DNA of 63,837 nt, counting the filler, from Choristocarpus tenellus KU-1152 (taxonomy: Eukaryota > Protista > Phaeophyceae), in NCBI GenBank assembly GCA_964200185.2. It is 11 parts of 11 records of this genome, joined end to end, with 100 filler letters (N's around TTAATTAATTAA, not from the genome) between each part and the next. Parts side by side here need not be neighbours in the genome. Positions count along the whole stretch, not along the records: positions 1 to 5,991 come from CAXNAD020009224.1; positions 6,092 to 9,464 come from CAXNAD020020466.1; positions 9,565 to 16,911 come from CAXNAD020006296.1; 8 more parts are not named here. One strand, written 5' to 3'. Shown here in pieces: positions 1 through 12,450 of the stretch (positions are counted from its first letter, which is position 1; the number at the start of each line of letters is the position of its first letter). The notes under the pieces are model-generated. The model had not been told where the DNA came from. It did not search any database and saw only the letters and a list, made by a program, of their open reading frames with translations. Both the position numbers and the translations under genes were made by a program.

Positions 1-31
1 ATAGAAAGAAAGCACAACAAAGGGAGTGGGG

Positions 32-86
<55 letters not shown>

Positions 87-480
87 AAGGTTCCAAACTT
101 TGGGGTAAAAAACAACAGTGAAGCAGAGGACTGACTCTTTGTTCCAGTGCAACGGCATCCATTCTTCTCAAAAACAAAGAGGAAGCAGGTGAGAACCTTT
201 ATGGGACAGACAACAATCCCAAGCCCATGTACCCTAAAGTGTCACACAGTCAGCACACCCTACTTCCGATGGTACTACCCACACACGATTAACCAGTCAG
301 CACCTACCACAAATGAAATGCATCCACCCTATTCAAACACATCACTATTACAATAAAAAAAGGTAGGGAAAGGGTACTAACCCCCTTTTTCAAGTCCCTC
401 TTTGGACCAACCTCCTCCACAGGTGAAACATGAGAGGTAAGAAATCCTGTGCCGCCCCGAATGGAATGCTTCCTTCTTAC

Positions 481-3400
481 TTTCTCCCACACTTGTACAT
501 CCTCCCGCTTGGTACTAAGGCCTTTGTCAAATTCTGCGAGGTCAATTCAGCATGCAGGCAGTAACCAGCCACGGGCAAAGGAAAGAGACTGTTACTTACC
601 ACCTTGGGGGGCAGGGTGCATCAAACCTTTTGAACCAAGGACTGCTACATGGTGCACCAGTAGTGTCCAATGCTGAAAGTGCTGATGCCAATATGTCAAG
701 CACTTGATTAGTACATAGATATCAGTCGATGATAAATGGGACAAGAGAAATCACAGAACGACATTATCATTCAAGAATACTAATACTTGCAAAATGAGAA
801 AAACGTATTGTTGGTCACAGTCCATACCAGTCTGAGGTTTGTGCACCTCTAGGCATGGACTAGGTAGAACATCACTATTGCTGCAAGCTAGCACCAGTCT
901 TGTTATTGCCACTGAAGACTTCAACTATCAGAAAAGGATACATGAGTATTAGGTAGCGATGCTCACGACCTCACTCGCTTTCGATAATATTTTAAAAAAA
1001 GATGAAAAGCAGTTCAACTTTAATTCCCTTTTTGCAAATTTTTATTTTAAAAATGAACGACCCTGCCCACAGAGTGAAACCAAATAAGACGAACAGAAAA
1101 AGACCTTTGTTTTTTTTCTGTTCCAAAAAAAAAGCCTTCAATTCAGTCTCTCACTTATCATGACACGCCGCCATGACAAGGGAAACAGAGAGAGAACCAA
1201 GGCACAATTATCATCTCCATGCATACAATTAACAACAAATTACCTGAAGCGTGGTCTCCCACAGTTGTGAAGAACTCCCTTTCAATGGTTCGAATAATGG
1301 TATCTAACATCCAAGACACCAATGGAACCTGAATACACTCAGCAGGACCACACCACAACATTATCAATATGGAGCCAGTGACAAGGAGGGAGTACATATA
1401 TATGTCATATAGGGAGTAAATCTGGTTATCAAGACATCGGGATAACCATACAAGGCGAAGGCATGTATGCATGACTGGATGTGTGGAGGATACGTACATA
1501 AATATATACATACATACATATTTTGAGGGTAGGATGAAATATTCCACACCTAGACAAAGCATTGTGTTGTGTCCACTTGGGGAACCTTTCAGTCCTCTGT
1601 GAGTGTGTAAGCAGAGGGGTATAAATACAAGACACCAAACAGGGTAGTTCTGGGCGAGACATCAGCCAGATAAAAAAAATAGTAACCTTGAGCTCAACAG
1701 ATCACCTTGAGGATACAGGAGAGCATCCCATCAGACTTCAGTACCATAAGAACCACACTATGATAACTACTATGACACACAAATAGCAAAGAAAATTTTC
1801 CCACACACAAAAAAAGTGCAGAGCACAGAGGCAGGGGCGAGGGAGGAGGCAATAGTCCCACAAAGGGTAGTCTGGTGATAGGCTAAATTCAGGACGGGGA
1901 TGGAGATCATCTTGCAATCTTACAATAGCACCATAAAAGTAATGTCTCCATCCACACAAAGCAATGCAGGCAGTACATTAACTAGTTCTCCACCTAAGCA
2001 ACAATATATACAAAAAACAAAACACATTTCTAACTAACTCCCTCCATCCCACAAACAAAAAAAAACAAAACACATTTCCAACTTGCCTGGAACAACAGTA
2101 GCCAGTAGGTGCTCCTGCTGTACATCTGGATTGCAACGTAGTAGAAGTCATATGCAAATGACGAGTTCAACGAGTAGAGTGTCAGGAATCCAAAGTAAAG
2201 AATCAATGACCCCACAAAGTAGAAGACGTTCCACTTTGTCCATGTCTGACCAGTGTTATAACCAGCATGAGTCAAGTACCAGAACAGCATCATGCCATGT
2301 CACACGTCAGCAGTGGCCACAGGGGGAGGGGAGGGGAGGGGAGGGGAGGGGAGTTCAATACNNNNNNNNNNAAAAGAATCAGGCCATGTCACACGTCAGA
2401 AGGGGCCAGGGGGGGGGGGGGGGGGAGGGGAGGGGAGGGGAGTTCAATACATGGAAAGGCGGCAATAAGGTGAATGTCAGGAACGGCTGTGGAGTATGCA
2501 GGCAACTCTCTTTGCCAGCACCCATGCAGTTGTCCCACGGAGGCTGAGTAGTACAGACCTTAACAAGATTAAAAAACATGGAAATCTTGGTGGGAAGGGG
2601 GCGGTGATGATAAAAAAAAAATGAGAAATTAACCATGACATGCATCCATCATTTGCTAATAAATAAGTACACCACCTGACAAAAAAGAGTTAAGCAGAAC
2701 GCCCGCCTGCCCTAACCCTTGCATGAAAGACAGATGCAGTTTAGTCAGTGGTAAGATGTAATTGCAAACATACCGTACACGGTATAATGAGTTAGATTAT
2801 AGTTAGATTATAACACCACAAATAAACATCATACTGCCATATCAACTTCCCATCCCTCTCACACACAGTGCAAATCTACCAGTTTTCAATAAAATCTGCA
2901 GTCCGATGCATACCACAGGCCTACCTACACCTCTGATGCACCAAAAGCTTGAGCGAGGATGGAACACTTCAAGAAAGAGCCGGTCTGTACTAAACATCAA
3001 CTCACAAGAAAAAAAAATGCTATTCAACCTTCCCATAATACCACACACAACAAACACCCACTTACACTGAATACCGCTACAGACTATACTAAAATCTTCA
3101 AAAAATAAATAAATAAATATATATATATATATTGACATTCCATTCCTCTCATCAGTCACAGACCAAAAGTCCCAAATAGGGGAAACATGAAAACTCACCT
3201 GAGTACTAGTCTTGCGAATCAAACTACAAACAGAATCTTTTCAATCAATTTGATTGGACTGTTGGCACACAAGGCAACACATGTGAAACACACTCAGATC
3301 CCCAACAGGCACGTGGTGCCACCCTAAGGGCAAAACCCCCCCAAAGCCCCCCCCTCCCCTCCCCCCCAGGTCTAAGCAGCCAAATCCAAAGTCATCCATG

Positions 3401-5884
3401 TGCAGAGGGTTAGTAGTGACACCACCTTGTGACCAGCATATGATTCTGTCATCTCCGACACGTTTGGAGGTGACAGTTCTACTTGCATTGTAATTGTTGA
3501 TTTTAAAACAATAGAATAACCAAACCTATTCAGTTCAGTTCAGTTTTTTTCCCCCCATCTAGTTCACTGATATTCAGTTCAAGACCATCGAAAAGTAGTG
3601 GTCCACAGGACTATTAAAAAAAAAAGTACTTATGCCAAGACAACACAGCCCCAGAGCACTATCTCACTAACCTTTGTCATGTTGGAAACCTTGAGCATCA
3701 TGGACATGATCAGACAGCTGTACGCTGTAGTTCCAAACACATACAGCCCATCTCCGTAACCTCTCTCTGCCCACACTGTAACAGCATCTGAGTAGGCAGC
3801 AAAGGGGAGGAAGAAAACAATCAAAGAGTCTGCTATCGCCTGAAGCAGGCCCTTTACCATTACCTGACAGGAAAACGAGGAAGTATATTGCAGGGGTGGG
3901 GGTGGGGGGTACAAATGAATTATTGTCCAAGCAAAGAAAGGAGCTAGTCGCACATCTTCAATATGGAGATTTTCAAATGGAGTTGATATATTGATGTAGG
4001 TGAGGTGAGGATTACTACATAGGGGGAACATACAATATGGTACCATAGTACAAGAGGGTCTGCCTTAAACGGAAAAATTGAAGCTGTCACAGGGGCTGGT
4101 CGGCACTAGCATCAGAGGGAGAGTAGTCCAGTATCTCCACCTTTGAGAAGTGTGAGAAGTGTGTCATAATCGAGAACAATTTCGATCAGGGTCATAATCG
4201 AGTCTTATATTCCAGAACAATTTCAAGGCCAACCCAAGACCAGGGAAAGAAATGGGGCTAAAGATAAATCAGCTGTACAAGTATGGTAAGACAATCTAAG
4301 AAACTGCCACTGACAGAAAGAGGTACACCTTAGACAATCAGCATTAAATAGTACACCATTACACCACCCTACCAACTCCTCATTTCTTGGCACTCCTATC
4401 AAAAGGTCATATTTCTTGCCTTGCCCACAGCGCATTCTGAGAGCCAGCACTCTAAATAATATACTTCATGCTGTTCTGGCAACAACTGTTCTTTAGATCA
4501 TTTCTATCCGAGTCTAGGTCCTTGTTCCAAATGTCTGCTATAGTGGAGTCATCCGAGATGCGTGAGCCCTCCCTAGTCCTGGAAAGGTTTGAATCTGAGA
4601 AACACCCAAAATTTCTCACACGCATGGCCTGCTTCAGCACACAAGAGTGTGGGTACCAATGGTTTAGGAACCAGTGTATTGGATTTCGACTCAAAATCGC
4701 TCCGGGTGATTTTGTATTAGTCATTTCCTAGCTTCTGGTTTTGTAGAGATGGTATCGTTGCACCACTACAACAGCTGAGGACAAGGCAATATCAAGAAAC
4801 ACATTGCATCCTTTCATCAGCCATGGGGAGATAGCCTTTTCATTGTAAACTCTTGGCACCTAACCTTAACTCTAACCCTAACCCTATCCTGGGACCGATA
4901 GTGCTCTATCACTATGTTCTAACTGTTGGGTTACCACGCTTCTCATACCCAACCCCAATCCTATCTGAACCCCCGGTGCTATCTATGCCTATCTGGGGAG
5001 GTGACAAGCAAATCTTGATGGAGCTCATACCTCCCCAGCTTCATCCAATCGCAGGTACGGCAATGTGTCATACTGAGAGTATCACCAGACATAGTAGGTG
5101 TACACCAGACAAGTGGGCATACACACAAGCACCCAAATCTCAAATACACAACAGCCTACTGTACTGTAGTCAAGCCGAGGTTGATTGAAATGCCTCAGAA
5201 CAGGGGTAAACAATAACCTCTTATACATCCCCTCTTAAACATTACATCCTCCCCCTCCAGGCTTGCACAAAGCCTTGCAAAACCTGTAAATCTGCCACCC
5301 ATCCCACCTCACACCTTGATGTTGAGATCCATATTCAGTCTGCCCACAGCATAGAGCTTGTGGGCTTCCAAAGCTGTTCCAGCGCTTACATCCTGGTCAA
5401 ATAGACCCACACAAAGGATGGGCATGCCCAGGAACCAATTGAAGCCTGAGTACACTAGGGACTCCACCAACGACTAACCCAAGTACAAGAGGAGTAGTAC
5501 ACATATCAAAAACCAAGTACAAGCAGTGGGGAAGGGGGAGGGGGAGAGGAAGACTTCAGAAGGTCAGCTAATCAACCAATACAGGTACTGCATCATTGTT
5601 CAACATAACCTATGAGCACCCTTACAGAGCACAGACAAGGAGCTGTATTATGACCATTGCAGCTCTACAAACTCTATTCAAAGCACATGGGTCTAAATAT
5701 TTAGATAAAAAAGACCCTACATGCTAACAACTACATCAATTGGGGTGGACAGGTAATCCTTACGTCCTCACTGTACACATATTTGGCATGTTATACTCAC
5801 CTGTCCACTGAACCCTGTGTAGAAGTTGAAGTAGAAAAGCATGAACGTGAGTGCTATGTTCTTATAGAAGCTGTACAGAATCAC
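481..5884 (-). CDS. P4-type ATPase (phospholipid flippase), C-terminal transmembrane region, partial, 6 exons
   Basis: Exons (minus): 5884-5801 VILYSFYKNIALTFMLFYFNFYTGFSGQ; 5473-5315 SLVESLVYSGFNWFLGMPILCVGLFDQDVS...; 3863-3672 VMVKGLLQAIADSLIVFF...FGTTAYSCLIMSMMLKVSNMTK; 2245-2087 TWTKWNVFYFVGSLILYF...LLLFQ (GC donor); 1328-1244 VPLVSWMLDTIIRTIEREFFTTVGDHAS; 533-481 (or 493) EFDKGLSTKREDVQ. The YSFYKN / GFSGQ / FDQD motifs are typical of the P4-ATPase C-terminal domain, and the exons splice in frame. Confidence 0.92.
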
Positions 5885-5991
5885 CTGCAGGAACATGGTG
5901 GGGGGGGGGGGGGGGGGAAGGGGAAGGGGGCAAGGTTTTAAACAAAAAGGGGGTTGTTTTTGAAATAAAAAAAAAGGTGTCTAACACGAAA

Positions 5992-6091
5992 NNNNNNNNN
6001 NNNNNNNNNNNNNNNNNNNNNNNNNNNNNNNNNNNTTAATTAATTAANNNNNNNNNNNNNNNNNNNNNNNNNNNNNNNNNNNNNNNNNNNN
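5992..6091. other. Artificial contig linker (N44-TTAATTAATTAA-N44), first of ten
   Basis: Identical 100-nt spacers at 5992, 9465, 16912, 20838, 35305, 40647, 46721, 54557, 57357 and 60061. The 12-mer is a stop-codon spacer, and genes are cut off at these points. Confidence 0.97.
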
Positions 6092-6676
6092 AAGTGTGTA
6101 AAAATGAGTTTCCACCTTCAATGATTGCTGCTTCCTCTTTGTCACGTCAGGTAGAAACATTGTGAGCTTGATAAGAGGGGGGGGGTGTTGGGAGGGTGAG
6201 AATGACTTTTTTGAGGAGCATATTTTCATACATAATTTTTTGCCCACTTCCTCCAGGAGCCTCAGGAAATATGTATACTACACCTTGAGTTTCAAATAGT
6301 TACCCCTGATTTGGATGTAGTGAGATACCTTGCAATTCTTTGGTGTGTCTCACCCTCTTGTCTCTCTACATTCTGGCAGTCTGTGATGTCAGACTCTCAG
6401 AGAGGGGTCATCAATCCCATCTCCAATGCCAACAACTGACCTCCTGTATCTGTTCTAGAAAGTTCATTGAAGTATCACACACTAGTGCACATTCAGTGAC
6501 TCTCCACACCCCACAGTAAATTGCTCTTCTGGAGGGGCAAAGGGATCTCTAATCTCTCTCTTACCCAAAGGTATCCAGCTCTACGAAGTACTGATTCCCC
6601 TCCCCCTAACCCCAATTCTCAAAAAAACCTTCCCTTCTTCATGCACTCTCCCCTGTTGTCCTGCATGTGACTGAAG

Positions 6677-8527
6677 GGATGATTCTGACGTTGGCAGATG
6701 TGAACAAGGGGGGCTCTTTGACCCTCCATGGGCCTCCTGGAGTGAGAGAGTTTTATCGTGCCACACGTCACTTCATGCGCCGGCCCGACTTCCTCGTCAA
6801 ATTCTCGGAGGTTTTGGAGGCAGATACGAAGGCGAGCTTTTTTTTTTATTCTCAGAAACCCATCGCCCGCAACACAGACACGTACGCACCTCCTGTGTGC
6901 ATTACGGTGTGTACCTTTTTTTGGATGTCGGAAAAAAATCTGTTGTATTTGTTTTGGAATGAACAATTGTTGGGACGCAGTAGAAACACGCCTCCGAGGT
7001 GTTGAGAGACACTTCGCTTTTCTGCTAGGCCGGAGCTGAAGTGTAGCTGTACTTGTTGGGGCCCTCATAAACACGAAGAAGATTTGTAGATAGGGGGAGG
7101 GCGTTTGTTCCGGACTACGAGGGGATGGGGAAGGCGTACGAGGAGGTTGTGATGGGCCTCTCATTCCGAGTGCTGGTCTCAGGCGCCGAGTCTTGTGATA
7201 CTCGTGGTGTGTTCAAGGAGTGTACCTGCCCAAACTCAAATAACAGTGACTGTATTGGGGCGAAAGCGAGGGAGGGAGGTATGGAGCTATATATCCTTCT
7301 AGGTGCTTTGTGTGCTTACGTGTGTGTGTGCTGGATCCACCTGAGAATGAAATATGGTGTGGGGTACTTGTGTTGGTGGAGTGTGTATGTACTGCACCTG
7401 GCATGTACACAGATGGCTGCCTACATGTGTACGGTGGATTGTGCTTGTGCTCGGCTGTGGTACCTGTGCAACTGCACAAGTGTCTTGGTAAAGAAGCATG
7501 GGCGTTTACTGACTCCACTGCTGAAGTATAGTGCATTGTCATCTCCCTACGTTTCTACATACATGCAGAAGTTATCTAGTGTGTTTATGTTTTTGATTAT
7601 TGTTTCACTTGATCTTCTGGGAAAAAAGAAATGTTCGTTCAACTATGTTTAAGGTACCCACACGTGACCAGGGTGTCAGTACTTTTGTTACTCAAGACAG
7701 TTGGGGATTGCACACTTAAGACTAATTGGCTATTGGTTATCGATAGTTGAGAGAGCGCTGTGGTATCCCATACTACTTCTGTAATGCCCTATGAAGTACA
7801 TGGTTCAAATGATACTTCACCTTGACTATTGTGTGTAGAGGTGTTTGCTTTGTGGTGCCTTGCTGCAGTTTAGTGTATGTATATATATTGTGGGGTGTAC
7901 TTGACAGCTCAAGCACTACCCTGTTGTACTCCAGGTACAGTAGTATTGATATTTTGGCATCACATCATTTTTGGTATATTCTACACTTCGAGCAAAACTA
8001 ACCCCCCCCCTCTCCCACCACCCATTGCCCCAATGCCATAACCCCCTAACCTGAACCCTAACCCTGAAATCCCCTCAATCCAACAGCTCGAAATAAAAGA
8101 CAACCAGCAGAAGTCTGGGGGGGGGGCAGAGGCAGGGCCGAATGACACTTTTTCCTCTGGAGAGCTCATTGTAACCAAACTTGCCATCTGTACGCAAAGA
8201 CCCGGTCCTGCAGCAGCCCCTACTATGGACACATCCACTGCTGATTGCGACACTGACGTGGGTGGGAGGGGCAAGGGAATAGATGGGGAACCCCCGCCTG
8301 CCAAGCGATCGAAACCTGGGAGTACTGCTGTGGAGGGTGTCGGAGAGGGGAGGGTTAGGAGGAGCAGGTGGCGGGGGCAAGGGGATAAAGGGAGGGATGC
8401 GATGGAGGAGGATGGGGCAGGGGGAGGGGCAGGGTTGAGAGGATGCTGTGTGTCTTACATATGTGAGACACCAACAGTTCCAGGAAAGTTTAATGTGCGC
8501 AGGGCGAAGGAGCTGGGGATTCCAAAG
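6677..8527 (+). CDS. ELAC2: Long-form ribonuclease Z (tRNase ZL / ELAC2-like), N-terminal part, partial
   Basis: Exon 6677-6810 (or 6831) GMILTLADVNKGGSLTLHGPPGVREFYRATRHFMRRPDF; exon 8087-8527 LEIKD...ELIVTKLAI...CCVSYICETPTVPGKFNVRRAKELGIPK. GMILTL..D and HGP.G plus the flexible-arm motif GKF...A..LGIP match tRNase ZL. Confidence 0.85.
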
Positions 8528-9564
8528 GCCAGTTTATTTTAGTTTATTTTCAGAAGTTTTGTTTGATTTTGCCCTGCTAGAGGTGTGCTATTTGTGTTGT
8601 ACTTGTGTGGTGCTAGGGATCTTGTTTCCCCAAGGTTTTGTTTTGTAGTACTGGTACCAATATGAGTACTGTACTGTACTGTACTGTACTGTACTGTACG
8701 AGCACTGTGCCATGGTATGGTATGGTACTGGTTCTTTCCATACTGTGTTAGATATTGAGGTGCTGTATTGTACCATTATGGTAGCAGGACTGTGGTCTGG
8801 GGGGGTGTAGCAATGTTGTCAGTGTCTTGACGTAATTGGAGCTAGGACATTATTCTGCTTGGTCTGTGGGTTATCATCCCACTAGTCCCAAAGCATGTTC
8901 CCTGGGCAGTCAATCTCAATCTTGGCATCTCCCACTCAATTCATTTCACCTCTTGGACCCCTTTTAGCCTCCCAGTACTACTTTTTAGGGTTAGGGTTTG
9001 AAACTATAACCTCCCATTTTTGAAGATATTGAGATACCACTATGTAACTGAGGCATTGCAATAGGTTTATATGAGACTACTATATATATATATGTGGTAT
9101 GGGTACTTGAGTTTCTTTGGGACTGTGGAGAGACTCTGGTTTATTTATTGGACAGGTCAATTTTCTTTATTGGAAAGAGTTGGGTGCTGTTGCATGGCAA
9201 GATTTTTTTATTTTCTGTATTATTGTTGGTTTTGTTGTTTATTTCTTGGGCGTATTGTTTTTTTGAGGCGTTTTTGTCATTTTTATTTTTTATTTTTGAG
9301 GGGTTTCGTACTCCTCTTCTTGTATTCTTTTTTCAGTTTGTAATCAGAGTTGATTTTGAAAAGAATCTCCTGACACCTGATGATGAGTTGCAATGATATT
9401 GTTCTCTGTCCATTTCATTCCCAATGTTGTACCTGGGAATGAAGCAGTCCCGATTCTCCCCCCCNNNNNNNNNNNNNNNNNNNNNNNNNNNNNNNNNNNN
9501 NNNNNNNNTTAATTAATTAANNNNNNNNNNNNNNNNNNNNNNNNNNNNNNNNNNNNNNNNNNNN

Positions 9565-9777
9565 GATCAAAATTAAATGGTGCGATTTCGATGTAAATTT
9601 GGCTATCGTGTTTGTTCGGAAGTGTCAATATCCTTGTTCCGGAGACACTTTTCATAACGTGTACATCTTTACTTACTCCGAGATATTTTGGAGTAGGAAA
9701 ATGTCATAAAAAACCCGAGAGAAACCAAGCCCCAAATGGACAGAGCAAAACTCGCACCCTCTAAGATACTTTCACTC
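9565..9777 (+). mobile_element. MITE family A copy (left end cut by contig start)
   Basis: Ends in CCCTCTAAGATACTTTCACTC, the right TIR shared with the full copies at 55753 and 56453, and has the same internal sequence. Confidence 0.85.
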
Positions 9778-9899
9778 TGCAGTGGTTCTAACATTCTTGT
9801 GTTCGTTTCCCTGACTCTTCGTCTATATCACATATGGGTACCTTCCCACTACAGAGTAAGCTTGATGTGGGTTAAAGATACAAACAATATATCTTTATC

Positions 9900-12450
9900 C
9901 AATTGACGGACAGCAGTAGCAGAGGGCGCTTTGACAGTGCAATATCAGTTGCCTTGGAGTAGTTTGCACAATCGCGATTCTTGTAAGGGAATCTTTAGTC
10001 CCCATGTCAAACAATTTACGCATTGAGGGATTGCAAGAGCTTATAAGGGTGCATTGTTCCCTTATCCTCACTAGGAGTTAGGGTCTGGTTCTTATGCTTC
10101 TTTCTGCTGAGTTGCACCTGAAAACTTCCAATTTACCGGACTGGTCTTTGCTTCTCTTGTGTCATTTCATTTTCTTGGTGCCTCCTCCGTCATCCCCCCT
10201 CCTTTTGGCAAGGAACTGTTAGTGCTGTTTGTCCTGCGCCCACTGGCCGTGGACACGCTTGGTCTCCTTGAGAATCAGTGAGTTCACAGAGGGAGCATGG
10301 GGCATGAGTTATTGTGATTAAACAAAACATGACTCTTGAATCTCTATTTGGTATATTTCGGTTACTCTCCCTCTAGTTTCAACTCGGCTTGTATTCAATA
10401 TTGGGTTTCCATCTCCCGTAGCGAGAATAATATTTTCATTGATACACCATGCTCATTGGTATCCATGACATTCCTGTCATATTTTGGGGTTTGTTGCTGG
10501 ATTTGAGGAAGGCAGACATATGAGCAACATGTTGCCGACCTGTCATCTCCCAAATGCTCTCTTACCCCCCCTGAAAGAATAGGTAAGACTGAGTCGGTGC
10601 AAGGGATAAGTGGGACCCATGAGAGATGTGATATCAACTCTACCCAATTCCCAGACCTTTGCCTAGATTAACCAGATTTATGTCCAACCACCTCCCGGCC
10701 TCCCTAACAACACCTGTATTTTTACTCTAGGTGTAACCCTTTTCCTCTCTTCCTAAGGGTGTGAATTTTAGATGGTATCTAAGTATCGAAGATAACGTTG
10801 TTTGTGTCTGACCCCTTGATACTGCTTCCTCTGTTGCACAGGTTTGTTTGTCTCCCCTCAAAGCGCTTGGCCTAGTAATATGGGCTTGTACTCAGCGTTG
10901 CATGCACGGTGACAACCTTTTTGGATGGAATTGTGGTTGCCCATGGGGTTATGTCTGGTGTGCTGTTCATATGTTTGCTGTTGCAGGACTCTTCGATGTC
11001 TGTGTTGGCAGCATCTTGTTTATGTGAGATCGAGTCTACAGTGCATACAGGATAGGTTGTACCTTTTACACTGGCATTGGCAACATCATGTTTGTTTTAA
11101 ATATGGGTGACTGCATAGATGGCCAGATCATAGAGGTATTTTTTTGAAGTTAAAGGAATGAATGCTGCCACGAGAGAGTGAGCAGTCCTCGTCCGTGATG
11201 TAGGTTATTCAACATTTCAAATATTGAAGAGGTAATTGTGTCTGTCTGGCTTGCGGATACACTCAGTAGATATACTTTCCAAGGGAAATTGATTTGTTTG
11301 CCTTTTTGCTATAAAAGTGCAGGTAGTCATTGTGCTTCTCTTTGATGTAAAGTTAGCTAAATACCCGAGGCAAGCGCCAGCAGTTGTATGGTCTGCTTGG
11401 TAAGTCTCTCTTGCTCAATATTACGATTGGCTATAGAGTTTGTAAGAGTGCAGAGGTGAGGTGTAACGTGATTCTTTTATGTTCAAGGCCGTTTCACTTT
11501 GATATGAGGCTTGTTTTTTTGTGTACAGTGTGAACGTTTGCCCCTACCACAGGTAGGCCAGTCTACGCTCTTCTGTCGATGTAGTCGCAGATATTCTTTG
11601 TTGATACTGGGGAAGGCACAAAGCGCCTGGTTGTAACTTGTGATGGCGGGACTGTGTTGCTGAGATCCCTTTGGTCTTTGTATTTGTTAAGACCATAATG
11701 TTCTTATCATTGTACACATCATAAAACTGTCGTAATATTGTAGTGGTCCTGGAAACAAGGCAAGTCGTTTTGGCTTGCCACGACTACTGTCATGGTCTTT
11801 CTCCCGTCATATGGTGTGATCGGGGAAAGGCTGCCCAAGCACACCTGAAAGTGGAGTGGCACGTCATATCAAGGAAAACAAGAATTCTATTTGTGGGGTA
11901 CTTGGTAGATTTCAGATTGACCCAAAGTATCTGGGGGGGGGGTCTACACCAGGGTATCCATTTGGGCCAAAATCAGGAAAAGTGTATTTACAGTATCCAT
12001 CCAACGTATGAAACTAAATCACCAAGAAATCGTGACATGAAGAAATTGGCCAAAATGGACAGTCGTCAGCCCCCCACCCCAGGTACTTTGACCCATTGGG
12101 AGTGTTGGGTAAGTACTAACCTCTGTGTACCTATCCATACACTCCAATCAAGCCATGTGTAGTGAAAGAATGGCATCTCATTCCTTCTGTCAGACCAAGA
12201 CTACCACACTTAAAACTGATATATATACATGGCTACCTCGAATATTTGTGCAGTACTATCCTCGTCGAGTTAAGGTCTTGCGACCAGAAGTCAGGTTCTT
12301 CTTGTTTTTCTTTGTGGTTTAGTATCAAATCGGAAGGCACTGTACCTCTCTGTTGTGCTTGTCAAGCCGGTTATCAAAACGAGATTCCTTGAAAGAATAT
12401 TGGACGCAAACCAGGTTGAAACTCATGTGTCCCAAGTATCTTTGCAGACT
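9900..12450 (-). pseudogene. Highly degraded coding relic, possibly a KDZ/CxC-type transposase
   Basis: Minus-strand fragments with many stops and frameshifts: FRCAWAAF, ETYQADHTTAGACLGYLANF, GCHRACNAEYKPILLGQAL*GETN, QRYLRYL. The resemblance to KDZ transposases is only by eye. Confidence 0.25.
11920..12094 (+). mobile_element. MITE family B (~175 bp, G-run just inside the TIR)
   Basis: Ends ACCCAAAGTATCTGGGG...CCCCAGGTACTTTGACCC with ATTG on both sides. Partial copies lie at contig ends: 16837-16911, 20938-21000, 35405-35462, 54657-54799 and 57322-57356. Confidence 0.8.

Noticed and set aside
34-82. Long poly-G/poly-C tracts and the Gly/Pro-rich ORFs they create (also ~57525-57555 and 61534-61938)
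   Set aside because: Homopolymers in introns or at contig ends, with possibly unreliable lengths. The ORFs are low-complexity artefacts.
1403-1733. Possible solo LTR (TG...TATAAATA...CA) in a P4-ATPase intron
   Set aside because: No matching target-site duplication and no second copy in the window.
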